Below are positions 14,709-28,365 of a stretch of 64,000 bases of DNA, in pieces. The notes under the pieces were generated by a model. It saw only the letters and a program-made list of their open reading frames with translations, ran no database searches and was not told the DNA's origin. The DNA is from Ruditapes philippinarum. Taxonomy: Eukaryota. The stretch lies in assembly GCF_026571515.1 (NCBI RefSeq), contig NW_026859330.1:1-64000 (forward strand), read 5' to 3'. The position numbers and the translations under genes were made by a program. Within the stretch, counting starts at the first letter, position 1. Every line of letters begins with the position of its first letter.

Positions 14709-16468
14709 AACAAAAAGCGGAAAATACTGTATAAAATGAACACTTAACGCTTTTCATATGGCTTAGAACAAAAACGGATAAAAGTGACTAACACGAATGC
14801 TGAATTAAGATAAGAATTTTTAGTTGCAAATTGAAAACATGGAAAAACATCTTTTGACTTTCTTTAACGACTTCTACGATTTAATAATTTGTTCGACATT
14901 ACTCTGCTATTTCTCAAAGAAAACATATATACATGTATGCTGGAAGAAGCATTATTGCCTTCATTTAAGCTGATACCATAAATAGTTTATATTTCGTTTT
15001 CATTAGAATTTTCACTCATAGAAATGAAGAAAGTTTCTGCTAAGAGCTAATTGCTTAGTACTCAATGACACATTCATTGAATTCGACTCAAGACCTGAAA
15101 ATATTAAACCTGAACATTGTTTTTATATTCCCGAGTATCATACAGCAGTGTGGTCTTTATTAACAATTACACAATGAGCATAAATACAAAAAAAAACAAA
15201 TATCATGCAAAGTATAACCACATAATTAAACTCATAGATGACCACACAAACAAATGTTTAACATCGTCATGTATGTGTTTAAGAGGATGCAAAAATACTT
15301 TATGAAATAAACATTCTGTATATCCACTGAAACCTTTTCATAAAAAGTTTTAGAACAATCAGATCATCCAAGATATGTAAACTATTTAACTAATTCGAAC
15401 ATGTAAACACTTAGATATAACTCAAAGTAAATATAAACATGTATGCTGGAAAAGAGGATGCAAAATACTTTTTGAAATGAACATTCTGTATATCCGCAGG
15501 CAGCTTTTTTATGTAAAATAGTTTAAGAATAATTAGAGCGTTCAATATGATAAAACTATTTAACCAATTCGAACATGTAAACATTTTTAATTCAGACTAG
15601 ATATCGAAAACGTGCACTATGATTAAAGTAACCAGTATCACTTTCAATATATTCGATACAAATTCTTCTTTTCATTACGACCTAAGTCCGGAATATTTAA
15701 ATGATAAACGTTTCTTATCTTACTGAAATACAAGATACTTTCTTTACAAATATTGAAAGCAATCAAAAATAGTGGTGTAAAGAATTACGATTTCTAGAGT
15801 TTATTATCTTTTCGACAGCTTATATTTCTAGTGCCACTATTTTTCAAGTTACCATAGACACATTCAATATATTTCAATAAAATTCTTCTTTGAGTCGACC
15901 TTAGTACAATATCATATATAAAAACATAATCATGTATTTCCCTTCTGAGTATAATATAGCAGTCTATTATCTATAAGTAGGTATACAAAGATTATAAATA
16001 TAAAGAGACAAATATCCAGAAATGTATTACTGTGTATTCAAAACTCCTTGCTGAAAGCCACGAGAAACAAGTGGTTATTTACTGGAACATTTGTTAAACA
16101 GAAAGCGGAAATACTGTAAAAAATGAAACATTCTATATCTAGACTTAACGCTTCTTATAAGACTAGGAACAAATATACTGATAAAAAGTGATTTACATCA
16201 TGCTGAATTAAGATAAACAATTTAGGCACAACTATTGAAAACATGCAGAAACACCTTTTGACTGTCTTTAAAGACTTCTACGATTTAATAGTTTGTTCGA
16301 TATTATTCAAAGTAAATGTATACATGTATGCTGGAAGAAGCATTAAATTGCTTTCATCTAAGCTTATACCATTTATATCAATTATATTTTATATTCTGTA
16401 TTGATTCGAAATTATCATACATAGAAATTGATAAATTTTCCGCTAAGAGCTTATTGCCAAGTACTCAA

Positions 16469-17870
16469 ACAAGAGGGCCATGGTGGCCCTGAAGTCGCTC
16501 ACCTGTATATAGGCCCCCAGGGCGGACCAGTTTAAACCCTAGGGCTTTTATTTGAACAAACTTGGTAGACACCCATTAGAAGATATTTAACGCTAAACAT
16601 CTAAGGACTAGCTCGTTGAGTTTTAAGTTTTAACTATACACATATAGTTAAAAGTAATGACACCCCTAGGGCGGGCCAGTTTTGACCCCAGGGCTTTTAT
16701 TTGACCAAACTTTGGAGACACTCACTAGAACATGGTTCATGATTGATATCTAAACTCTAGCTATTCTGTTTCTTTAAGAAGATTTTAAGTTTTTGCTATG
16801 CACATAGAAGAAAAATCAATGTCTCCATGGGGGAAGGCCATTTTGACCCCAGGGCTTTATTTGAACAAACTTTGAAGACACTAACTGGAAGATGTTTCAT
16901 GCTAAATATCTTAACTCTAGCTATTTGGGTTTTTTCAAAGAATATTTTATAAGTTTTTGCTATACACATAAATAAAATCAATGACCCCTGGGGCAGGGCC
17001 AATTTTTTTGACCCAAGGGCTTTATTTGAAAAAAACTTTGTAGACACTCACTAGAAGATGTTTCATGCTTTTAATAGTATCTAAACTCTAGCTATTTGTT
17101 TTTTTTTTCAAAAGAATTTTTAATTTAAAGTTTTTGCTTTACACATATATGGAAAATCAATGACCCCCGGGGCAGGGCCAAATTTGACCCCGAGGGCTCT
17201 TATTTGAACAAATTTGGGTAGACACCCATTAGAACATGGTTCATGCTAAATATCTTTAGCTCTAGCTCTTTGGGTTCTTTAAAAGAATATTTTTATAAGT
17301 TTTTTACTATATGCATATAGGGAAATCAAATCAATCGACCCCCTGGGCGGGGCCAATTTGACCCCCAGGGGCTTTTATTTGAACAACTTGATAGACACCT
17401 ATAAGAAGATGTTTCATGCTAAATATCTTAGCTCTAGCTCTTTGGGTTCTTTTAAAGAAGATTTTTTAAGTTTTTAATATATACATATAGGGAAAATCAA
17501 TGACCCCCGGGGCGGGACCAATTTTGACCCCAGGGCTTTTATTTGAACAAACTTGGTAGACACTTATTAGAAGATGTTTCATGCCAAATATCTAAGCTCT
17601 AGCTATAAGGGTTTTTTAAAAGAAGATATTTAAAGTATTTTCTTTCGGTTGCCATGGCAACCAGAGTTCTGCCTGGAATTAAATTCTTTGAACAATTTTT
17701 AAAGGTGACCACCAAAGGAACATTCCTGTGAAGTTTGGATGAAATTGGCTTAGTGGTTTATGAGGAGATGTCATTTTAAGTAAAAGTTTACGGACGGACG
17801 GACGACGGACGGACGCCGGACGAAAAGCGATCACAAAAGCTCACTCTGTCACTTTGTGACAGGTGAGCTA
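16469..17870 (-). mobile_element. Non-autonomous Helentron/HINE-like element with about seven internal tandem repeats of 150-177 bp
   Basis: On the minus strand it starts TAGCTCACCTGTCACAAAGTGACAGAGTGAGC, then (TCCG)n, then a tandem array (GACCCC..GGGCGGGGCCA..TTTGACCCCAGGG). It ends CAGGTGAGCGAC..AGGGCCACCATGGCCCTCTTGT, with a subterminal IR and hairpin. It is inserted in an A run, and the empty site is near 3072. Confidence 0.88.
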
Positions 17871-19145
17871 AAAATCGACTCAAGTATGGACAATATTAAA
17901 TATGAATGTGTCTTATATTACTGAGTAATCATACAGCAGTGCGTTCTTTATTAACAATTATACAATGAGCATAAAGCAATGTATAACCGCATGATCAAAC
18001 TCCTAGATGACCAACCTAATACTTTATGAAATGAACATTCTGTATATCGACTGAAAGCTTTCCATATCAACAGTTTAAGAACAATGAGAGTATCCAAGAC
18101 GCTAAAACTAATTAATTAATTCGAACATGTAAAGACTGAATTTAGTCAGAATATCGTATTATTTACTGATCAATAACATGTACTATTTTTTTATTAACCA
18201 GTTTCAATTTCAATATCTTCGATAGGAAAATGGATCAAAACCAACAAAAAATAGATATAAATTTGACTAAAGTCTAGAAAATATTGAATATGAACGATAC
18301 ACATTCTTCTTTTTATACGACCTAAGTCTGCAATATATAACTGACCAACATGTCTTATTTTATTGAGATATGACATAATTTCTTTACAAATTGAAAGCGA
18401 TAAATAATAGTTTGCGAAAGAATTACATTTTGCGGGTTAAGTATCTTTCCGACAGCTTATATTTTCCACTAGCAGTAATTTCAAAGTTTCCATTGATACA
18501 TTCACTATATGTGATAAAAAGTCTTCTTTGAAGTAGAATTAATTAAGGAATATATTAAACATAATCATGCATTTCTTTCCTGAGTATAATATAGCAGTGT
18601 ATTCTAAATTCTAAAAATATCCAGTAATTTATTTAGCGTGTAACAAAAATCCAGGCTTATTGCAATGGCAAACAAGTGCCTAACTTGAACATGATTGATG
18701 TTAAAAGAACGCGAAAAATTCTTTTTAAAATGAACATTCCATATTTTGACTGAACGATATTTTATGACTTAGTACAATAAACAAATTTAAGTTACTAAAA
18801 CGAACGCTGAATTCAGATTCGTTACATTTATTGCCAATTTAAAACATGCAAACTATCTTTTTGACAAACTTTAAATCATTTGTTCGACATAAGTCTACTA
18901 TTACTCAAAGTAGATATATATATGCTGGAAAAAGCAATACAACTTTCATCTTCTCTGATACTATTTATAACATTTATAAAACATATATTTCGTTTCATTT
19001 ATATATATGGACATATTTTGCGCTAAGTGCTTATCTCTTAGTACTCTGTGACACATTCAATGAATTCGACTAAAGTCTAGAAAAAATTGAAAATGTCTTA
19101 TATTCCTGAGTATCATACAGCAGTCCGTTCTTGTTTAACAATAAT

Positions 19146-19283
19146 ACATACGTAAATGCAGGCATGCAAACATACATACAAGCACGCACGCACGCACACA
19201 CGCACACACGCACGCACGCACACACCAACGCACACACGCACACACACACATACACACACACACACATGCATTCATACATACAT
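19146..19283. repeat. Compound (CA)n/(CACG)n microsatellite, paralogue of 4440-4580
   Basis: Directly visible with the same flanks. Confidence 0.95.
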
Positions 19284-20485
19284 GAGCATAAATACATAGA
19301 AAAAAATATCCAGCAATGTATCCGCATAATAAATCTTCTGGATGACCACACAAATAAGTGCATAACATCAACATGTATGTGTTTAAGAGATTGCAAATAG
19401 TACTTTAAAATGAACATTTGTATTTTAGCTTATGAATAGTTTAAGGGCAATCCGAACATCCAAGGTACTAAATCGAACATTCAGACTAGACACTATGTAA
19501 TTTACTCATCGAAAACTTTAACTAGTTTTAAGCCCAAAATCAATTTTAAAATATTCGATACAAATACCTCTTTTGATACGACCTATGTCTTGAATATATA
19601 AATTATGTTATCTTACTAAGATATAAGATACTTTCTTTTCAAATTGAAAGTCATATAAATATCTTGAGGAAGAATTACGATTTTTGTTCGGTTTTGTATA
19701 CTTTCGGCAGCTTATATATTTTTCAACTAACACTAATTCTAAGTGCCCTTTAACACATTTAATTTATGCGATAAAAATCATCTTTTGAGTCGACATATAT
19801 AAAGAAAATATTAAACATAATCATGTATCCTGAGTATCATATAGCAGTCTATTTTCTATCGATAAGTATACAAAGATTATCAATACAAAGAAACAAATAT
19901 CCAGTTATTTATTTACTGACATCATGACTAACGGCCATGACAAACAAGGGGTTAACTGGAACCTATGTGAGTTTAACAAAACACGAAAAAACGTTATAAA
20001 ATGAACATTAAATACTAAATAAGAGTAATTATAACAAATTGAAAACATGTAAATAATCTTTCGATTATCTTTAACGACTTCTAAGATTTAATGATTTATT
20101 CGACATATGTCGGCTTTTACTCAAAGTGTGTATATATATGATGTTAGATAATTATTTCTTTCATCTAATCAGAAACTATTTTTAACTTAAATATTTTGAA
20201 TTTTGTATTAGATCTAATCCGAAATTATCATTTACATAAATGGATAAATTTTGCGCTACGAGCTTATTTCTAAGTACCCACTGACATGTTCAATAAATTC
20301 GACTAAAGTCAGGAAAATATTAAATATGAACATGTCTTATATCCCCATATAACATACTACAGTCCGTTTTTAATTAACAATACAATGAGCATAAATAGAA
20401 ATGTATTACCACATTATAAAACCCACAGACAAGTGCTTAACAACAACATTTATGTGTTTAAGAGAATGCAAAAATAAAACATACT

Positions 20486-20951
20486 TACGGAAGCTTATCA
20501 GGGCCTCCACTTATCTAAAAGTTTCATGTCATGTCAACTTGTTTCTTCTCGTTTTGACCAAAAATATTTCATGAAGACGTTATGATTAATACGTAATACA
20601 TAAAACATTCCATGAAGACGTAATGATTAATACGTAATACGTAGATGTTTTTAATCATTGCAAAAAAACTTTGTTGAATTACGTGAGCTATTTGGCAATG
20701 CGAGTAACGTCTTTGCGTCTTACTAAATATTTCAGCAAAGTCGTGAAATCAAGAAGTTTCAACAGAATTTTTGTCGAAGAGACAAAAGCTTTAAGCATAT
20801 CGAGAAAAAAACAGTAGCAATGCCTAAAAGCTTCTCATCTTTGTCAGTACATTTTATTGAGAAATGCAAAAACATCTTATCAATGCGAATAAAAATAAGT
20901 CGACTTAGCGTAAAACATCTCACCAACTGTAGGTCTTGATACGCTTCCGTA
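20486..20951. mobile_element. MITE with 21-bp TIRs and a 6-bp TSD
   Basis: Left end TACGGAAGCTTATCAGGGCCT; right end reverse-complemented TACGGAAGCGTATCAAGACCT (18/21). Flanked by CATACT at 20480-20485 and 20952-20957. Confidence 0.85.
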
Positions 20952-21545
20952 CATACTTTTCAAAATAATCATACTGTGTCTCGACTGAACATTATTTTCT
21001 ATGAAATAATTTAAGAGCAATACGAGCATCCAAGATGCTAAAACTTCATATTTGATTCGAACATGCATACGCTGAATTCAGACAAAATACCGTTTTATTT
21101 ACTGACGTTCGGTAACTAGTATCACTTTCAATATATTCGATACAAATTCTTCTTTTGGTACGACCTATGTCTTGAATATCACTTTGATATTACTGAGATA
21201 GAAGAAACTTTCTTTACAAATTGAAATCGATAAAAATAGTTTGCTAAAGTATTACGATTTCTTGGGTATAGTATTTTTTCGACAGGTTACATCTTTTCCA
21301 CTTAGCATTCATTTCTAAGTTACCATCGACACATTCAATATATGCAATAAAAATTCTTCTTTTGAGTCGACCTTAGTACGGAATATATTAAACACTATAA
21401 TGTATTTCCTTCCTGAGTGTCATGTAGCAGTCTATTCTCTATACAAAACTGTACAAAGATTGTAAATACAAAGAAACAAATATCCAGTAATGTATTACTT
21501 ATAACAAAACTCCTGGCTAAAGCCATCGACAAACAAGTGGTTAAC

Positions 21546-22100
21546 AGAACAGAACAGAACATATCTTTATTAACTCAAGTTACATACAATATAACGCATG
21601 AGTATACATAACAGTAGTGAATATTTGTTAATTTAACACATGACATGGTTTTATTCAATAAATTTCTACACAGTTCAAAAATATTTTTAAGATATTTGTA
21701 AGAGGAAAATTAATTATTATCATTATCATTGGAGAATGAGAGATGAAAAAGAAAAGAAAAACAACAAACAAACAGCTACCGCCTGAAGGGGGGTAGATAC
21801 ACACGCGCAAAAAAAGTATTCGTGTCTCGATGCCAGTTTGAAACGGACTATAGAAATGCGAAGGTGTTAAATGATACGTCATTGTTTACATAGGGCCCTG
21901 TTGCGAAGTCCCGTTAAAAAAGTTTGTGCACAAATTAGGTCAATCAATACACAAAATGGAAGTTATTATTGAATGATAGTGTACAGTTAAAATTCTACTG
22001 TACATAGTATTAAAAGTTCAATAATAATTAAATAAACGATTGATGTTGAGGGTGAACAAAAATATATTGTTATTCAATGGGATTTTAATCGAAGTAGGAC
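21546..22100 (-). mobile_element. 3' end of a LINE-like element with a (GTTCT)n tail
   Basis: The minus strand ends AATAAAGATATGTTCTGTTCTGTTCT and interrupts the monomer after GTGGTTAAC. The 5' boundary is approximate. Confidence 0.6.
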
Positions 22101-23088
22101 AAGAACATGTATATGTTTAAAGGAACGCAAAAAATATTTTATAAAATGAACATTCTATATCTTTTTTCATTACTAATATCAATAAACGAATTAAAGTTAC
22201 TAACATCATCGCTGAATTAAGATAAGATACTTTTATTACAAATTGAAAACATGCAAACAATCTTTCCATTATTTTAACGCCTTCTGCGATTTAATAATTT
22301 AGTCGACAATCGTCTACTATTATTCGAAGTATATATATATATATGCTGGAAGAAGCATTATTGATTTCATCTTATCTGAACTATTTATAATATTTATATA
22401 TTATATTTCCTATTTATCCGAAATAATCATTTATATAAATAGATACATTTTGCGCTATGAGAAAATTTCTAAGTAACCAGTGAATAAATTCGACTAAAGT
22501 CCTGAAAATATTAAATATGATCATGTTATATATTCTTAAGCATCATACAGCTGTCCGTTCTTTATTAACAATTATACATTGAGCATAAATACAAAGAAGC
22601 AAATATCCAGTACTGTATAACCGAATAATAATGCTCCTAGATGACCACACAAACAATGTTTAACATCACCATGTGTGTGTTTAAGAGGATGTGAGAAATA
22701 CTTTATGAACTGAATTTTCTGTATATCGACTGAACGCTTTTCATAAAAATCGTTTAAAAACAATCAGAGCATCCAAGAAACTAAAACTTCTTAACAAATT
22801 CGAATATGTAAACACTTAATTCAGACTAGATACCGTGTTATTTACTTATCGAAAACGTGCACTTAGTTTTAAGTCACCAGTATCATTTTCAATATACTCG
22901 ATACAAATTCTTCTTTTCATACGACTAACGTCCGAATATATAAATGATAAACATGCCTTAGCTTACTGAAATACAAGATACTTTCTTTACAATCTTAGTA
23001 TCTTATCGGCAGCTTATATTTTCCGCTAACCACTAATTTCTAAGTAACCATAGACGTATTCAATATATGCGATAAAATTATTATTTTG

Positions 23089-23435
23089 GGGGGCAATACA
23101 CAGTTTTCAAGGCTTCTCGGCAAACAGCTGACTGCGCCACAATCAAAACCACACGCACAAGTCTGTGATCACACACCTGAAATAAATGCATTTCATATTT
23201 AACATATACATATGTATCTCACAGCAAACAATTCAAAATACATGTCCACCACCTAGTTTTCTGGCACATAGCCCTGTGTTTTTCATTGTTGTGGTCGCGA
23301 AAATCAACGACAAAAAGAGCGGATTACCCCTATTCGCAAAATGCAAAAATATATTAACGTCAAAAGATTAAATCACAAGCTATAGTGATTCTTCCTTCTT
23401 AAACAATGCACAATCTGAAAATGTGTACTGCCTCC
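23089..23435. mobile_element. MITE with a 3-bp TSD (PIF/Harbinger- or Zator-like)
   Basis: TIRs GGGGGCAATACACA and GGAGGCAGTACACA (rc). TTG is duplicated at 23086-23088 and 23436-23438 inside the TTTTGAGTCGAC motif. Confidence 0.8.
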
Positions 23436-23554
23436 TTGAGTCGACCTTAGTACGGAATATAATCATGTATTTCCTTCCTGAGTGTCATGTAGCAATGTAT
23501 TCTCTATAAATATGTATACAAAGATTATAAATACAAAGAAACACATATCCTGTA

Positions 23555-24354
23555 CTGTGCGTTTAGGATAATTATTTAGTGACGCGGTGGTCAAGTCCAC
23601 TTTAACGGTGTAAAACAGTTATCATATTGTGTTTAATATCTTAAGTCAAGCAGGCTTGCAAATAAATTAAAATATCGACAAATTTAACAACTGTCGGCGT
23701 AACGCAGTAGGTAAAGTTGTGTGGTAAATTTTTAGTTACATATCAATGCAAGACAGCCAGGTTCGGTCCCAATTTTTTTTGTATAATTATCAATCGATTA
23801 AGAATTTCTTTTTTTCTTGTAAAGATTATTAGCGCTGTGTTATTTTCTATTAACTTCTCATTTCACTTTTGTTTTTAAATGTTGCTATATCTAGCAAGTT
23901 AATTGGTGCAACCTGATACGGAATGCATACATGTACATAAATTCACTATAGTTAAGTTGGCACGAAAAACTTATGCACTGCAAAAGTACTACTAATATAT
24001 ATTACACACTACACAGAATAAAAATTATTATTTCCGGTACATATAAATTATTCGAAATTATAACAAAACTGCCTTTATATTCCAATTAATTTGCATCTCA
24101 TGTAAAAATAAAATAGGGAAAGAAAAAGGAAAAAAAGGTTTGACAACTTGTGTGGCTCGAACTCATGATACAATTTAATTTGTATGGCATCCTAGTGACT
24201 TAACCAACTTTGCCATCGAGACTTTTCAAACTATATTTCTGATTTTGAATCATATTCACTTCTAAATACCCTGTTTTACCTATTCAGACAAAGATTGTAA
24301 ACTTTTGTGTACACAAAAATGCAACGTCACTCTCACATTATCATTGCGGCACAG
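23555..24354. mobile_element. TA-flanked MITE (Tc1/mariner-type TSD) with inward-facing tRNA-like segments
   Basis: TA|CTGTGC..GATAAT at the left and ATTATC..GCACAG|TA at the right. A/B-box-like motifs lie on + at about 23700-23770 and on - at about 24150-24216. Confidence 0.75.
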
Positions 24355-24454
24355 TAATTTATTTACTGTATAAAAAAACTTCTAGCTGAAAGACACGAAA
24401 AAAGTGGTTAACTGGAACATTTTTTTAACAGAAAGCGGAAAACACTGTATCAAC

Positions 24455-25345
24455 AATTGTCATCTGTTTTCATTCGGCCACGTGTATCAAAAGATCACGT
24501 GCTCAATACTTACGGTAAACAGCTCATGGAATTATGTCAGTCTACATCGTATATAATAGGCAACGGCCGAGTTTACATTCCATTCTCGAAATGGGTCTAG
24601 TGTAGTAGATTATTTTTTATTAAAACCAAACGATATTTGGCATGTAAAACACTTTAAAATATTAAGCCCTAACGAATTTTCTGATCACTCGGGAATATCT
24701 ATCAGTTTCAATAAAAAACGTTATAACTTGTAAATTACATTTAATAATAGTAACGACAAACAATTGCGTGGGATAATTCAGAGAAAGATCATTAAAGAGT
24801 AATGAAATACAAAATCTGGCAGATATGATTTACTCAACAAATAATATAAATGATATAACAGAACGCTTCATAAACATTCTAAAAGAGTCGGCATCTTGTT
24901 AAAATGTTTGATAAATAAAAAGCCGAAAAACACATTTCAAAATAACAAGAAACCTTGGTTTAATTCCGAGTGTTATGATGCAAGAGCTATGTTCAAAAGA
25001 AAAATATATATATTCTTACGTAACAAACACGGTGCTAATTCGGGGCAAGAATATATTCAAGCCACAACAACATATAATAAAACCAAACGTTTCAATGAAA
25101 TGAAATATAATTACGATGACAAACAAAGGCTGGTAAAACCAAAATAAGCTAACCCAAAATAATTCTGGAGAAAAATAAAAGAAGTAAAATAACTGCCGAA
25201 AATCTTGATATTCATGACATACATGAACATCTTAAATCATTATACAGTACCGAAAGTATAAATAGAAATAAAATGTCTAAATGAGTCTGTAAATGATGAA
25301 TATCTAGACCAAATGATTTTATCGAACTTAAAAATGCTGTTTTCT
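24455..25345 (+). mobile_element. Degenerate LINE ORF2 fragment (end of the APE endonuclease plus linker)
   Basis: Broken frames give NTYGKQLMELCQST, EFTFHSRNGSSVVDYFL, NEFSDHS and KPWFNSEC, typical of the endonuclease C-terminus. Confidence 0.8.
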
Positions 25346-25656
25346 TAATATCAATATCTATGTGTTTAAGAGGATGCAAAAAACTTTATGAAATGAACAT
25401 TCTGTATATCCACTGGAAGCGTTTTATAAAAATAGTTTAAGAACAATCAGAGCATCCAATATGCTAAAACTATTTGACTAATTCGAATATGTAAACACTT
25501 AATTCAGACTTGATACCGTGTTATTAACTGATCGAAAACGTGCACTAAGATTAAAGTATCCAGTATCACTTTCAATATATTCAATACAAATTCTTCTTTT
25601 CATACGACCATAGTCCGGAATATATAAATGATAAACATGTCTTATCTTACTGAAAT

Positions 25657-27246
25657 CATCTTTCGTTCAATTTAGAGTTTTCGTGTGAAATTATTATTTA
25701 GAGTATTTTTATGGTTTGCATAAATTTCCATGTCTCAATTCAAACATCTTGCCGTTTATTTCACAAAAATCCTTTCAGTAATAAGAAAGTTACATTTTTG
25801 TTTTATGAACCAGATATATGTATTATGTCTGTATTTGAAGGACGGGCCTTTATTTCACATAACTATTTTTCCCGCCGTCCCAGCTTTATTTCGTGCAAAT
25901 CGATTTTTCATGTTTTGCACAATCTGTTTTCCCGCTCAGTACTCAGTAGTTTGCTATATAATGACTAAATTTTAAGTGATACGATATCGTATATTGCAAT
26001 GCACTGGACGTTATACAGGTCACTATGACCGTGACAGACACATTATATTTGTCATAAAATTACAGCTTGTACAAGGTAAATTTAATTTTTTAGTGATTTT
26101 GTTTCATAAATTTTTGCTATTTTGTAAAATACTATTTTCTATTAGAATTATAGTTTATTTGATTCAGGTTTAGTTATTTGGCAGTAATTTATTGTTTTCT
26201 AAATTTTCTAAATTTTTGTAGATTAAATTTTAAAAGCTCTTTTTATTCTAGTGTTTCGCTATTGCAAATTTATACCGAGACATGTTAATTGATGTATGTT
26301 AATTGAAGTTTTAATTATATTGTAATTGTATAGGAGCCATGAATATTTAAGAGATATATATATATCTATTCATAAATCATTTATTATGGTTCTACCGTAT
26401 TTGTGTAACTTTATGTAAAATCATCACTAAAATGCTGCAGTATCGTAATGATTTGTTTCAATCAATTTAATTTACGTTATCATCTTACTTCATTTCATTT
26501 ATCAGTTTTTGTTATAAGTAAATACAACGTATCAAAACTAACGTATCTCTAGAGACGGATCTTCAGTGGCATGATTTTGGAAGACGTTTATTTATTGGTG
26601 GTTATTATGTGGCGTATATTTGAATATATTTGCAACGCAGTATTATGCGGATGTGATTGAATTTTTGTTCCACGGAATGTATGGTGTACTATAGTGGACA
26701 TTTTGTTTATTCAAAGAAGCACGTTATTTTATTGGAAACCGATAAAGGTCGAGTCTTTTACAAGGGACTTTATTATACCCTTATGTTTGATTATCATGGA
26801 ACTTACCATGTTTTATACTTTGTAGCTTCTTATTTGAGGACACACCCGAAGATGACACGGGCCCTCCACACGTATGTCCATGGCTAAAGGGTGACGCATG
26901 CCCTTGTTCAGGATCCTATCAACTGTGCCAACACTGTAGGAAGTACAGTTACGCTTGATAAGATTTTATACAAGACACCCGCCATTGTGACGAATTTTGT
27001 TCAACCACCCCACCACTTTATTGAAGCATCATGACAGAAACTTTACGGGAGAAATAGACTGAGATACGTTGATAGTGTTTGTTTGCGCAGTGATTTTTCA
27101 TATATATATATATATAATCATTTTTCATTTATAAATATTCATTTCTTGTAAATAAATTTGTATATATTTTTCTGTTCTGAGTTGTTGGTTGTTTTAGATA
27201 GCAATTGTGGTCGGCCTGGTATCCCATCGTAGTCCCTATTGTGACA
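25657..27246 (+). mobile_element. Non-satellite insertion, possibly the 3' part of an LTR
   Basis: 1.6 kb of unique sequence with AATAAA near 27150, ending ...CCCTATTGTGACA. No matching 5' TG end or TSD is seen. Confidence 0.4.
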
Positions 27247-28365
27247 ACATGTATGCTGGAAGAAGCATTATTGCTGTAAAATAAGCTGATACCATTTTTA
27301 TAATAAGTATTTTATATTCCGTATTCATTCGAAATTATCATTCCAAGAAATGGACAAATTTCCCGCTTAGAGCTAATTGAACATGTCTTATATTGCTGAA
27401 TAATCATACACCATTAACAATTATACAATGAGCATAAATATCAAGCGCTGTATAGCCGCATAATCAAATTCCTATATGACCATACAAACAAGTGCTTAAC
27501 ATCAACATGTATGTGAGGATGTGAAAAATGCTTGATGAATTGTGTATGAACATTCTGTACATCGACTGAAAGCTTTCCATATAAATAGTTTAAGAACAAT
27601 GAGAGTATCCAAGACGCTAAAACTAATTAATCAATTCAAACATGTAAAGACTGGATTCAGTCAAGATATCGTATTATTTACTGATCGATAACATGTACTT
27701 TTTTAAAGTTAGCAGTTTCACTTTCAATATCTTCGATACATAATTTTCTTTTGATACGACATATGTCTGCAATATATAAATGATCAATTTGTCTTATATT
27801 ACTGAGATATAACATACATTCTTTACAAATTAAAAAGCGATAAATAATAGATTGCGAAAGAACTACGATTTTCTACGGGTTTAGTATCTTTTCGACAGCT
27901 TATATTTTTCACTAAACACTAATTTCCACGTTTCCATTGACACATTCTATATATGTGATGAAAAGTCTTCTTTGAAGTAGACATGAGTTAAGAATATATT
28001 AAACATAATCATGTGTTTCTTTCCTGAGTATAATATAGCAGTCTATCCTAAAAAAAATCCAGTAATTTATTTAGCGTGTAACAAAAATCCAGGCTTAAGG
28101 CTATGAATGGCAAACAAGTGGTTTAGTGGAATATGAATAAGTTCAAAAGAACGTAAAGGATTCTTTATAAAATGAACATTCCATATCTCGACTGAACAAT
28201 TCTTTGATGACTTTGTAAAATAAACAAACTTAAGTAACTAAAACGAACGATCAATTCAGATTCGTTACTTTATTGTCTATTTAAAACATGCAAACTATTT
28301 TTTGACAAATTTTATCGACTTCTGCGATTAAATCATTTGTTCGACATAAGTCTACTATTACTTAA

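Larger units (their letters stand above)
700..20480. repeat. Higher-order repeat: about three copies of a five-monomer block of 6.6-7.6 kb
   Basis: The diagnostic junction ATGCTGGAAAAGAGGATGCAAAA occurs near 1205, 8850 and 15443. GTGATTTACATCATGCTG occurs near 1607, 9580 and 16188. AAAAATCCAGGCTTATTGC occurs near 3903, 10593 and 18645. GATTATC(G/A)ATACAAAGAAAC occurs near 5182, 11783 and 19875. Confidence 0.9.
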
